A stretch of DNA of 40,128 bases from a virus (lineage: Duplodnaviria > Caudoviricetes). Shown piece by piece: positions 1 to 8,806 of the stretch. The position numbers and the translations under genes are program-made. Position 1 is the stretch's first letter; every line of letters begins with the position of its first letter. The DNA lies in IMG/VR virus record IMGVR_UViG_3300014656_000055, positions 1-40,128 of that record; one strand, 5' to 3'. Under the pieces are notes generated by a model. The model was not told the DNA's origin. It ran no database searches and worked only from the letters and a program-made list of their open reading frames with translations.

Positions 1-39
1 GCATTTAATATTAGGGAGACCCTGGCCGTAAAGTTGAAG

Positions 40-222
40 TTATGGATTAGGCTTTTTGGTTGTTCTGACCATCCCCAACAACATATTGATTATCTTATCG
101 TCTGCCGACCATTTTGTATATTTGGCAATTATCTTTAAGATACTAAGCAATAGGATAATCGTAAACCCACTTCCTTCAAGCAAGGCAAACATATATTTGT
201 CAAGATGAAATAAGATTCCCAC
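40..222 (-). CDS. small membrane protein, possible holin/lysis accessory
   Basis: 60 aa with one hydrophobic stretch (FTIILLLSILKII) and a basic C-terminus; last gene of the late operon. Confidence 0.45.
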   Translation of the reverse strand: MGILFHLDKYMFALLEGSGFTIILLLSILKIIAKYTKWSADDKIINMLLGMVRTTKKPNP

Positions 223-480
223 TTATCCCTCCTTTGGGAAAAACAACCCTGCTAATATATCAATAAGGCTTTTAATTAGTGGCATTGCATTGTTTATGGC
301 TTCCCATGATTCCTTTTGACCGCCTGTGGAAACACTTGGCATAGCCTTTATAACCTGAGTAACCCCATCCACTACAAAGGCTTTTTTCTTAACTCCGGTT
401 CCATCCCCTAACACACTTTCAGCAATTTTGATTAAATTGGTAATTAGTGGGAGCAATTGAAGCAACATAATCCAGTTCAT
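223..480 (-). CDS. putative holin-like membrane protein
   Basis: Likely start ATG 480 (MNWIMLLQLLPLI) after a GAAGGAG RBS; amphipathic, 'GxGxxKK' segment typical of small phage lysis-region proteins. Confidence 0.5.
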   Translation of the reverse strand: MNWIMLLQLLPLITNLIKIAESVLGDGTGVKKKAFVVDGVTQVIKAMPSVSTGGQKESWEAINNAMPLIKSLIDILAGLFFPKEG

Positions 481-484
481 AGTT

Positions 485-730
485 TTAATCTCCTTCTTTG
501 TTTTTAATTTCAATATCGGTTTTCATAAAAATAATACCCATGAGGTTCTCGAACAATCCGAGTTTGCCCCTGTTGTCAACGATTAATTCCACCCCGTCTT
601 TCTTCATAGTAACCAAAGCATCTTTTTTACTCTGAATAGTATAGATTTCACCTTGAGGATTCATGATTGTGGTCTTAACGGAAGCACATGAAATTGTCAA
701 CAGTAAAGTAATTATAATAATCCATCTCAT
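485..730 (-). CDS. lipoprotein, possible spanin component
   Basis: Likely start ATG 730: MRWIIIITLLLTISC with a lipobox-like Cys; directly downstream of the putative endolysin. Confidence 0.55.
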   Translation of the reverse strand: MRWIIIITLLLTISCASVKTTIMNPQGEIYTIQSKKDALVTMKKDGVELIVDNRGKLGLFENLMGIIFMKTDIEIKNKEGD

Positions 731-747
731 TGTTTTATCCTTGAACA

Positions 748-1158
748 TTAATAACACTCCTTTACCGTTAATTGAAACATACTGACATCCTTCATAATTT
801 CCATAAATTCTTTGAATGTCGTTCCTAAATTTAAGACTGCCCTGTCTCCTTGCAATTTGCCAAAATACTGTCCAAGAATCACACAACCCTCTGTGTGCTT
901 TACTACGTTTCCAGCATGAAAAAGAACGTGATCTCTATTTGGGACATTAACTATTTCAAATGTCTCTCCAAATTTAGGAGATATAATTCTTTTACACAAA
1001 TATTGTTGCGCAGGGATACTCGATATATTTCTCTTGTTAAGTTCATCCGGAGGCTCAAGCGTAACACAAAAGACCTGACTGCATATCAGCAAATTACCGA
1101 ATGTCCCTTGCTCGCTTTCTTCAACTCTTAGTAATCTAACCGTTGGTATTATTTTCAT
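748..1158 (-). CDS. DUF5675-family protein, putative endolysin
   Basis: Motifs GTFG, CxTLE, SSIPAxxY, VPNRxxVLFHAGN, TEGCVILG characteristic of DUF5675; lysis-cassette position. Confidence 0.8.
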   Translation of the reverse strand: MKIIPTVRLLRVEESEQGTFGNLLICSQVFCVTLEPPDELNKRNISSIPAQQYLCKRIISPKFGETFEIVNVPNRDHVLFHAGNVVKHTEGCVILGQYFGKLQGDRAVLNLGTTFKEFMEIMKDVSMFQLTVKECY

Positions 1159-1309
1159 CTTCAACTTTCCACTTTTTAATTATTTTTTCCACAGTAATCT
1201 CTTTCAGGCATTTTTCGCAATATCCACGTATTTCACATTTTCCTCTACACAGATGTTCAACAATCAGCCAAACAGCTTTACTAAAACATTTCCATGTGGC
1301 ACATCTCAT
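1136..1309 (-). CDS. small Cys-rich hypothetical protein (57 aa, not in ORF track)
   Basis: MRCATWKC...HLCRGKC...YCEKC; its ATG overlaps the upstream stop (ATGA). Confidence 0.55.
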   Translation of the reverse strand: MRCATWKCFSKAVWLIVEHLCRGKCEIRGYCEKCLKEITVEKIIKKWKVEDENNTNG

Positions 1310-1572
1310 TTTGCCTCTATCAAGTGTTCAAATAGCTTTTCTTTTACGTTATCGCAGCATTCTCGAACCGGCTTTAGTTTATTGCACTGCCGTTGTTCAG
1401 CCTTTCCAATTTCCTCATCAAGTTGTTTAAAGTCTGGACGTTTCGTAATTTCTGCTGTGAAAGTAACGATATGATCAGTTAAGTCTTTCCCTTGATCATT
1501 AACTTTCCGGTACAAAGCTCCAATTGCTACTACTACAACTGCATTACTTATTATTGCTATTGTTTCAAGCAT
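1306..1572 (-). CDS. single-pass membrane protein with coiled coil (possible holin/antiholin)
   Basis: N-terminal TM segment IAIISNAVVVVAIGALY followed by a charged helix; first gene of the lysis region. Confidence 0.55.
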   Translation of the reverse strand: MLETIAIISNAVVVVAIGALYRKVNDQGKDLTDHIVTFTAEITKRPDFKQLDEEIGKAEQRQCNKLKPVRECCDNVKEKLFEHLIEAK

Positions 1573-1584
1573 GATCTATTCCTT

Positions 1585-1947
1585 CTAATCGCTAAAGTAA
1601 TACACCATATATTTAGCCGTGCCGTTGGTTGTTATATCAACATATATTCCGTTATAGTACCTCACTGGCGGGTCTAAACTGATTGATTGTATCCTGTCGG
1701 TTGAACTTGTTGTGATTCGAGTAGTAGGAATAAGTTTAGTCCCTGAAGCCGCTGTGGCGTTATCGTAGATGTCTATGTCAATGTAGTCAGAACTATCACT
1801 AATTATAATAACTCTATGAAACACGCCGCCACTTGTAGTAATAGCAGAATCATCGTCAAGTTGTGCGCTCTGCTTCATCCAATCGCCCGCCCATGCTCCG
1901 GTACATAAAAACAATACAAGTAGTAATGCTATGAATATTCGTTTCAT
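1585..1947 (-). CDS. signal-peptide-bearing beta-rich protein, putative minor virion protein
   Basis: MKRIFIALLLVLFLCTGAWA|GD (AxA cleavage site); mature part (IYDNATAASGTKL...PVRYYNGIYVDIT) resembles small beta-sandwich phage structural proteins. Confidence 0.65.
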   Translation of the reverse strand: MKRIFIALLLVLFLCTGAWAGDWMKQSAQLDDDSAITTSGGVFHRVIIISDSSDYIDIDIYDNATAASGTKLIPTTRITTSSTDRIQSISLDPPVRYYNGIYVDITTNGTAKYMVYYFSD

Positions 1948-4900
1948 TTTAGACCTCCTAACCCCTTTAACTTGCCAAAACCCTTTAGTTTTTTACGTTT
2001 CTTTTCACGCTCTTTATAGAAAAATAATTCTTTAGCCGTCATCTCTTCTCGCCATGTTTTAATAAAGTCTCTCCATGCACCACTTCCAGGAACAAATGCC
2101 GACCAAGACCATTTTAACTGATTAATTGCTTTTTTTCTTCCATATTCATCAGTAGCAGACACGTAATTATATAGTCCAAGTACAATTTGTCCTGGAGGGC
2201 TTAAATACGCTGGTAAAGTACCTAACAAAGCTATTCTACGATAATCTAATCCAAAAGCTCTTTTTGTTCCTTCTATAAAGGCTATTGATGTTATAATATG
2301 TCTTAATGCACCAAGCCGCCATTTAACAGGTATTGGTTTGCCCCAACCCGTTTTCCCATACCATGCTCTTGAAATCATCTCACGCCAGTAATTAGTTGCA
2401 TAATTCTGCCACCAGCTTTGAAGTACCGCAAAAACTCTTGACAAACCGCTTCGATAAATTTCCGGCATACCCATTAAATTATACCAGTATTGAGTTGTCA
2501 TAGCCCCAAATTCCATTTCTTTTTGCACGTCTTTTTCTGTCCAACCTAAACTTTTATACTTAGGATTATCAACAAGTTCTTTACTTGCATAATAAGCGGT
2601 TTTCATAGAAAAAGTTACATTGGATATATGAGAATGACCATAAGGCTTAAACCCCAACTTTTCAAGTTTGCCAAACATTCCTTCTGGTAATCTTTCCATG
2701 AATTGCTGTCTTGATATTTTCCAAAAATCGTTTTGCTTAACAGTAACTTTGAGTTCCTTTGATGCAGGAAGCATAGCTTTTGCAAATGCTTTAGTATCAT
2801 AAAGTCCAAGCGTTAAGAACTTTTGTGTATGATTTCTTACTACCAGTCTAATCTTACCCCAAATAGTAGCATCATGCACAACTCTTGATATTTGTCCTGT
2901 TATATCTTTAATTGGATTATAAGACAGAGTGCGTCCAAAAGGCTTTAAAGCAAAATCAATCATTCTGGTAATGCCGAGTTTATCAAGAGAGGCATTTGTT
3001 AAATTATCAAGTTTTGTCGGCATACCTTTTACAACTTCATTCATATATGCCTGTACCCATTGTCTTGTTGAAGCTGGCATTATACCTTTAAAGGCTTTCA
3101 TCTGCTCTCTAAACAGCATATTCGGCTGTTCAAGATATATCTGCTTCAAATCCATAGACACCATTGCCTTAAGAGCTTTAATAGGGTCTTTTAATAATCC
3201 TGGTCTTTGTTCAACCATTCGTTTAAAAGCTGTCGGGTTATAAATATGTTTTGGATTAATAAAATCAAGCCAGTATCTTACTTCTTCAGGGAAGGGATAT
3301 TTTTCTGCTAATCCTTTTTTAGTAAAAGCATCTGAAATATGAGTTACATAAGCCCTCATGCTATTTATAGGTTCAAGATCAACTTTAGCTCTTACTTCAT
3401 TTGTTCTTTCCAGCATAACATCAGTAAGGTTTCTTAATTCTGTAAATATATTAGCTTCTTTGCCAGTTAATCCTGCCCCGTTAGCTGTTTTGAATTTATC
3501 AAGAGATTCCCACATCCTAACTTCGGATTTAGTCGGTTTGTTTCGTAGTCTGCTCCATTTTCTTTCTGCAATTGAAGTTTTTCCAACTTTATTTATTAAA
3601 TTTCTTGTCTTATCAAGCATATCAAATTGGTCTTTTCTTTCGTTCAACATTGCAGTACGAGCTTTAATACTTGGCTCTATAAGTTCACTAACACCTAAAG
3701 TATAAGCATATCTATTTGATGGAGTTATAATTTTTATTAAAGATGGTTCTTTAAATTCACGTTTAAAAAAGTCTTTAGGTGTTATATCTTTGCTCAATGG
3801 GATAGAAGCCACTTTTATTCTTCCTGAAACAAATTCAGGCACAGGCACTTTTTTAAGAGCAGATATAAACTCACTTGCTTCTGTTTTGGTCATTTTTGCT
3901 ATTGAAGATTTGCCTGTAAACGCTTTTGCAAGCCGGCGGTATTGAGGTTTAACTTTACCCTTTTCAGATAACCAGCCTTTTTCTCTTGCTATTGCATGAG
4001 AAGCTTTTATTTGTGCTGGAGTTACTTTATCTACCATTGGTTCAGGCTTAAATTCCTTTTTCATAAACTCTGAGGGCTTCATAATAGGCTTTGGTATGCC
4101 TTCACCCTTAAACTCCTTTGTGAGAGCCTCTGGCTTCGCCTCTGTGGGGATTGCGGTGGGCTGTGGCTTTGCGGGGGCTAAATCTGGATATTCGGCTAAT
4201 ACTTTATCTTTATCAATAATAGCTATTGTTATGCCTTTTTTTTCAGGTTCAACAAATCTTCCACCATCATATCCAGCTTTTTTTAAGTTCTCTATAAAAG
4301 TCGAATCTTCAAAAGCTCCTTGTATTTCGGCTTCTCCTTCATCAATAAGTGTTCCCCATTCTTTATCTATACTCTCTATTAACTCTATTGCTTTAACTAC
4401 ATCCTTTGATTTTGTTAAACCTGTAAAATCTGCGATTTTAGCATCTTCACTTATATATTTTTCTAATATCCGTCCGCCCTCACCCCTAAGAGATCGAAAA
4501 TAATCAGCATGTTCTTTTTTTTCTGAAAAGAAAATAACTTTTGCTTTAGATGGTTTTTCTCCAAAAATTCCTTGGGTATATCGTTCGCCAAAATCTAATT
4601 CGTCAAAATCCCTAACTGTGCCATGATATACTTTCTTAGGCATAGCTTTCTCAGGCGCAACTTCCTTTTCAATAGCCACTGGCTCACGGGCTAACTCTGC
4701 CGTGGGCTCAATAGGTGCTGGCTTTTCAATTATCGGTTTAGTTTTTAAGAATTGTTCTGGTGTTATTATTGGCTCAGCCTTCATTCTTGTTTTAATGGCT
4801 TCCGTTTTAAATCTATTAAACTCTTTTAAATTGCCGCTTTTCTTTAAAGACTTTAATACTTGTGCTTCGTTAAGTCCGGCAGTAAGCATATCATCAACAG

Positions 4901-5489
4901 ATTGAACAACCAAACCTCTCTCTTTAATAGTTGCTCTCCTGTACCAGTTGCTATCTTTAAGAAGTTTTCCAATAGGTTCAGTTAACCAGGGATACTTCTT
5001 CGCAGCACGAATCGCTAAAGCAGAAGCTCCTCTCGTAGCCGCACCAAAAGCTGCGTATGTAGCTGCTAATCCTGTTATTTCTACTCGCTGTTCCTGCGGA
5101 GATTTTTTTGCAAATTCAGCCATTTCTGTTGGTGAAGCGAACTTCTCACTAACACCTGGTAAAAGCAAACTTGCAGCAGCATATCGAGTAGCCATAAGAG
5201 TAGGATGCTTTGCCTGCATTGCCTGTTCTTCTTTAGGAGACATAAAGAACTGTCCCCAATAATCAACAGCAGTTTCTAATGGCTTTTGCAAATATCCTAA
5301 ACCTTCAGGCAACTCATCATATAACATTCCTTTAGCTGTTTGAATAGCTGGTTTGACAATAGATGATGGTCTCTGTAAAACCTCTATTGGTTTTTCTATT
5401 ACAGATTCAATAGGTTTAATCCCCATATATTCATCGGGAGAAGGCATTGCGGTTTTTGCTACACCCATGTATTCATTAGGAGAAATCAT
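1944..5489 (-). CDS. large DNA-ejection/internal virion (polyvalent-type) protein with ADP-ribosyltransferase-like domain
   Basis: 1181 aa, helical; last of the ejection cluster; internal VYHGT...IFFS...A..Y/F...LKKAGYDG motif set of ART-PolyVal-like domains. Confidence 0.7.
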   Translation of the reverse strand: MISPNEYMGVAKTAMPSPDEYMGIKPIESVIEKPIEVLQRPSSIVKPAIQTAKGMLYDELPEGLGYLQKPLETAVDYWGQFFMSPKEEQAMQAKHPTLMATRYAAASLLLPGVSEKFASPTEMAEFAKKSPQEQRVEITGLAATYAAFGAATRGASALAIRAAKKYPWLTEPIGKLLKDSNWYRRATIKERGLVVQSVDDMLTAGLNEAQVLKSLKKSGNLKEFNRFKTEAIKTRMKAEPIITPEQFLKTKPIIEKPAPIEPTAELAREPVAIEKEVAPEKAMPKKVYHGTVRDFDELDFGERYTQGIFGEKPSKAKVIFFSEKKEHADYFRSLRGEGGRILEKYISEDAKIADFTGLTKSKDVVKAIELIESIDKEWGTLIDEGEAEIQGAFEDSTFIENLKKAGYDGGRFVEPEKKGITIAIIDKDKVLAEYPDLAPAKPQPTAIPTEAKPEALTKEFKGEGIPKPIMKPSEFMKKEFKPEPMVDKVTPAQIKASHAIAREKGWLSEKGKVKPQYRRLAKAFTGKSSIAKMTKTEASEFISALKKVPVPEFVSGRIKVASIPLSKDITPKDFFKREFKEPSLIKIITPSNRYAYTLGVSELIEPSIKARTAMLNERKDQFDMLDKTRNLINKVGKTSIAERKWSRLRNKPTKSEVRMWESLDKFKTANGAGLTGKEANIFTELRNLTDVMLERTNEVRAKVDLEPINSMRAYVTHISDAFTKKGLAEKYPFPEEVRYWLDFINPKHIYNPTAFKRMVEQRPGLLKDPIKALKAMVSMDLKQIYLEQPNMLFREQMKAFKGIMPASTRQWVQAYMNEVVKGMPTKLDNLTNASLDKLGITRMIDFALKPFGRTLSYNPIKDITGQISRVVHDATIWGKIRLVVRNHTQKFLTLGLYDTKAFAKAMLPASKELKVTVKQNDFWKISRQQFMERLPEGMFGKLEKLGFKPYGHSHISNVTFSMKTAYYASKELVDNPKYKSLGWTEKDVQKEMEFGAMTTQYWYNLMGMPEIYRSGLSRVFAVLQSWWQNYATNYWREMISRAWYGKTGWGKPIPVKWRLGALRHIITSIAFIEGTKRAFGLDYRRIALLGTLPAYLSPPGQIVLGLYNYVSATDEYGRKKAINQLKWSWSAFVPGSGAWRDFIKTWREEMTAKELFFYKEREKKRKKLKGFGKLKGLGGLK

Positions 5490-6502
5490 TTAATAAGCCC
5501 TAATTCTTTTAAAACTGCTTCTACTGTCATTCCTTTTGCGTTAGCTGCTTCTTGAACTTTTGTAGGAGTCCAGCCAGCTTTAACAGCTTGTTTTGATAAT
5601 TTTATAAATTTAGTCTCTTCATCTGTGAACATTCCGCCAGTTTTCCAATAGGCAACCTCATTGCGTTTGTTTTCAGTATTATAAATCGAAGATAAAGATT
5701 CAAAAGCATCAGGATCATCTTTACCAGAAGATAATTCTGTGCGTGTTTCACCAATAGTAACTTTTTTTCTAAATTTTTGAATATCTGTAATCGGTGTTGG
5801 TTCTTCTGTAGGCGGCATTAATCCAACTGCCTGCCCTGCTGGTAAAAATCCTTGAGCTGTTTTATATAGTGTTGGCTGTTCCCCTGGTTTTAACGTAGCC
5901 TCTACCGTTTTAGGTGCAAGAAATTCCGCAACACCAGGGAAAAAAGAATCAATAATTTTATTATTTCCGATGGTATTTATCCATTCTGATATTTCTCCTT
6001 GTCTTGCAACATCTTTGTCTTTTACAGCTTTTTCAAGTTCTTTTTGTAAATTGGCTTTTATCTGTGGCCGTAACATAGGTAAATTACGTTGAAGTCCAAC
6101 ATATAAATCAACAGGAGTAGTCCCTTCGGATTCTGCAACTGAATTAATAAAATTGCTAAGTGGCTCCATTGCCTTATCAAGTTTGCGGTTTTTCAATTGG
6201 ACATTAAACATTGTCCACTTGCCTTGATTTATAGGCTTTACGTAATACGGGTCTTTTCTTTCAGCTATTCCTGCTATAGTTGCCGCAGTTTCAGCCCCTA
6301 TACGTGCAGTCCCCGCTTGTACACCCGCAGTTTCAGCTTGCATTGTTCGTAGAGGCAGTTCTCCCTGATAGTGTCTTTCCTTCTGGCTAAGTTCCGCCTG
6401 ACCTAACTGCGAGGCTTGTTTCATCTGAAGCAGTTGCATCGCCTGTCTTGTGGGTTCGGCAAGTATGTTTGATCTTGGTTCTACATAATATGGATTAGGC
6501 AT
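5486..6502 (-). CDS. putative DNA-ejection protein
   Basis: 338 aa, Gln/Ala-rich helical N-terminus, podoviral ejection-cluster position. Confidence 0.6.
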   Translation of the reverse strand: MPNPYYVEPRSNILAEPTRQAMQLLQMKQASQLGQAELSQKERHYQGELPLRTMQAETAGVQAGTARIGAETAATIAGIAERKDPYYVKPINQGKWTMFNVQLKNRKLDKAMEPLSNFINSVAESEGTTPVDLYVGLQRNLPMLRPQIKANLQKELEKAVKDKDVARQGEISEWINTIGNNKIIDSFFPGVAEFLAPKTVEATLKPGEQPTLYKTAQGFLPAGQAVGLMPPTEEPTPITDIQKFRKKVTIGETRTELSSGKDDPDAFESLSSIYNTENKRNEVAYWKTGGMFTDEETKFIKLSKQAVKAGWTPTKVQEAANAKGMTVEAVLKELGLIK

Positions 6503-6512
6503 TTCTTTCTCC

Positions 6513-6541
6513 TTGCAATTAAATTAAAAATGCTATATAGA
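6513..6541 (+). promoter_or_regulatory. sigma70-like promoter for the M48 gene
   Basis: TTGCAA (6513)-N17-TATAGA, alternatively extended TGcTATATA; ATG 6548 follows with no Shine-Dalgarno. Confidence 0.45.
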
Positions 6542-6547
6542 GAATTT

Positions 6548-7126
6548 ATGAGAATAATATTTATACTTATCTTTCTTTCTGGTTGCGCTCATCATCAAGT
6601 TTATACACCGCCTGAGCATCTTGGAATACGCATGAATTCCATAGGCACAGAAGTGTTGACCTGTATTAACGCTCCGGTAAGGTTTTATATCGCAAAGACC
6701 GACAAACAAAATGCTTGGATAATAGATGATAAGGTCTATTTTACCGAAGGTCTTTTTGATCTTGACGATGATACTCTTAAATTTGTTATGGCACATGAAA
6801 TATCTCATTTAAAACTTGGTCATCTTAAAAATATAAAAAAAGTTAGCTACGCTACTACTGGCGTTATGTTAATTGTTAATTATATCGTTCCTGGTGCTGG
6901 TCTGCTTAATTTTCTTGTCAATCCTGCTGTTGTTAATAATTTCACTAAAACCCAAGAATATGAAGCTGATAAATTAGCCTCTAAAACCTGTCTTTGCCTT
7001 GGTATTTCCATTGACCGCCAAGTAGAAATACTTGAAAATCTTAAAAAAGCAATCGCTGACGGCGGTAAATTCTGGGACAGACATCCTTCATGGGATGATA
7101 GAATTTCTAACATCAAAGCCCCTTGA
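6548..7126 (+). CDS. M48-family zinc metallopeptidase lipoprotein (moron-like)
   Basis: MRIIFILIFLSG|C lipobox; NAW, HEISH (HExxH), QEYEAD and HPSxxxRI motifs. Confidence 0.88.
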   Translation: MRIIFILIFLSGCAHHQVYTPPEHLGIRMNSIGTEVLTCINAPVRFYIAKTDKQNAWIIDDKVYFTEGLFDLDDDTLKFVMAHEISHLKLGHLKNIKKVSYATTGVMLIVNYIVPGAGLLNFLVNPAVVNNFTKTQEYEADKLASKTCLCLGISIDRQVEILENLKKAIADGGKFWDRHPSWDDRISNIKAP

Positions 7127-7514
7127 TTATTTCGACGTATTGTTTACCGTCTGTTGCTGTTCTATACCCGTGAATTATCCAGCCTGTTTTTAAAGCGACT
7201 ATTAAAGTTGGTATGTTCGTATTCTGAACAGTTCCCATTAAAAACCTAAATCCTTCGCTTTTTAAATAAGACCATATTTCATTTACAATATCTCTTGAAA
7301 GTTTTTTGTTTCTTAATTCTTTTGGTATTCCAATTTTCTGTATATAAAATGTAATTCTGTCATGCAAATACCCTGAAAAGAATCCTAAATATTTATCTTT
7401 TAAATAACCTTTATAAATAATAGCCGGTATGTGCATAGGGTCTTCAGGAAATATCTCATTATGGATTTCAAGATAATCCTTGCATTCGTTATATAAGAAG
7501 CGTTCAAATCTCAT
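7113..7514 (-). CDS. GNAT-fold acetyltransferase-like protein
   Basis: YIQKIGIPKELRNKKLS acetyl-CoA-loop-like segment, N..TL...LKTGW; GNAT genes often sit among podoviral internal virion genes. Confidence 0.7.
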   Translation of the reverse strand: MRFERFLYNECKDYLEIHNEIFPEDPMHIPAIIYKGYLKDKYLGFFSGYLHDRITFYIQKIGIPKELRNKKLSRDIVNEIWSYLKSEGFRFLMGTVQNTNIPTLIVALKTGWIIHGYRTATDGKQYVEIIKGL

Positions 7515-8335
7515 TTACCACCGCCAACAGCCTTAACAACGGATTCGACAACACCTACCCCAGCTCCTACGCCTGCACCTACAGCAGTGCCGACACCAGG
7601 CACAACCGAACCAATAAGTGCTCCTTGTGCTGTCCTTGTTGCTACTTTTTCACCTGCCTTCCATTCTGCTTCACCACCTGGGAGTTCACCAGCTGCTTTT
7701 ACAGCTAATGGTTTTGTAATATATTGATGCCCTAATTCAATAGCAGCAACTTCGGCGGCAGTCAGTGCCGCAGTACTGGCTATTTGGCTTGCTGTTGCTG
7801 CTGGTGCTACCGCTCCTACTTCTCCTGCTATTGCAGGAGTCCCCGCTGCTAACTCCCCAGTTATAAAACCTTGCCCTGCTGAGACTGCTCCTGGTGCTGT
7901 TGCCGCTGCACCCCCACCAAACAATTTCGCTGCTGCATAAGCTGCCAAAGGGACTTGTAAACCCATCCCTACATATCCCATTGTTTCTGCTTTTTTTGCG
8001 GCTTCCAGTTGGGCTGCTGTTGACAACCCGGCCTCTCTTTCGCTTGCAACTGCGGCTCGTTTTTGTTCAGCCAGACTTTTACCAAAATGAAGTTTTTGCT
8101 GAGAAAGAGATTCACTAAATTGTTTTGCTGATTGAGCTTGAGTTTGACCAAATTGTTCTGCTTGCGTTCCAACTTCAGCTTCAGCCAGCTTTTGAGTTCT
8201 TGCTGATGCTAATCTTCCTGAAGCTCCTGCTGCTCCCGCCACCGCATAGTCATAAGGGGCTTGTGGGACTCCAGTTAGTTTTGTCTTTCGCCTTTGTTGA
8301 ATCAATAAGTCTGTAAATGATTGAGGTATCGCCAT
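7511..8335 (-). CDS. putative DNA-ejection/pilot protein
   Basis: Ala/Gly-rich, 11-residue QF repeats, C-terminal glycine zipper GALIGSVVPGVGTAVGAGVGAGVG. Confidence 0.7.
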   Translation of the reverse strand: MAIPQSFTDLLIQQRRKTKLTGVPQAPYDYAVAGAAGASGRLASARTQKLAEAEVGTQAEQFGQTQAQSAKQFSESLSQQKLHFGKSLAEQKRAAVASEREAGLSTAAQLEAAKKAETMGYVGMGLQVPLAAYAAAKLFGGGAAATAPGAVSAGQGFITGELAAGTPAIAGEVGAVAPAATASQIASTAALTAAEVAAIELGHQYITKPLAVKAAGELPGGEAEWKAGEKVATRTAQGALIGSVVPGVGTAVGAGVGAGVGVVESVVKAVGGGK

Positions 8336-8344
8336 AATAAATCC

Positions 8345-8806
8345 TTATTCATATAATTGATTGATATAATCATACCTATTAGGTTTTGTTAATTGTTTAA
8401 GAGTATAATAACTTACAGGTGCTTGTAGCCCCATGCCTATATAATCTTGTATTCTTGCTCTGCTTGCGGCTTTAATTTGAGCCTCTCTTAAAGTCCTTGT
8501 CTGTTGTTCTCTTGTCTGTGAGACTCTTTTTTGTTCGGCTAAAGTTAATGCAAATTGTTCCCTTCCGGTTGCTAATCTTTCAGTAAATTGCCCTTTTTCA
8601 GTTGCCAACCTTGTAGCAAATTGTTCTTTTTGAATATCCTGTCTTCTTTCTGCAAGGTCTAATCTCTTACCGCTTGCAAGCCTTTGTGAAGCTCCTTCGA
8701 CATCAGCCATAGCCGCTTGCATTAACAACTCTCTACCGTATAAAGGATTAAATTTCCGTTTTTTCTGAAGCATACGGGTTATCTGCATTAATTGACTTAT
8801 AGCCAT
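8345..8806 (-). CDS. putative ejection protein, paralogue of the N-terminal half of 7511..8335
   Basis: Start ATG 8806 overlaps the upstream stop (TAATG); shares GASxRLAS, LAEQKR and YxGMGLQxP with the next gene. Confidence 0.65.
   Translation of the reverse strand: MAISQLMQITRMLQKKRKFNPLYGRELLMQAAMADVEGASQRLASGKRLDLAERRQDIQKEQFATRLATEKGQFTERLATGREQFALTLAEQKRVSQTREQQTRTLREAQIKAASRARIQDYIGMGLQAPVSYYTLKQLTKPNRYDYINQLYE

Noticed and set aside
2929-5262. Several 60-135 aa plus-strand ORFs opposite the large ejection gene
   Set aside because: Antisense shadows with Ser/Leu/Phe-biased composition, no RBS and no motifs
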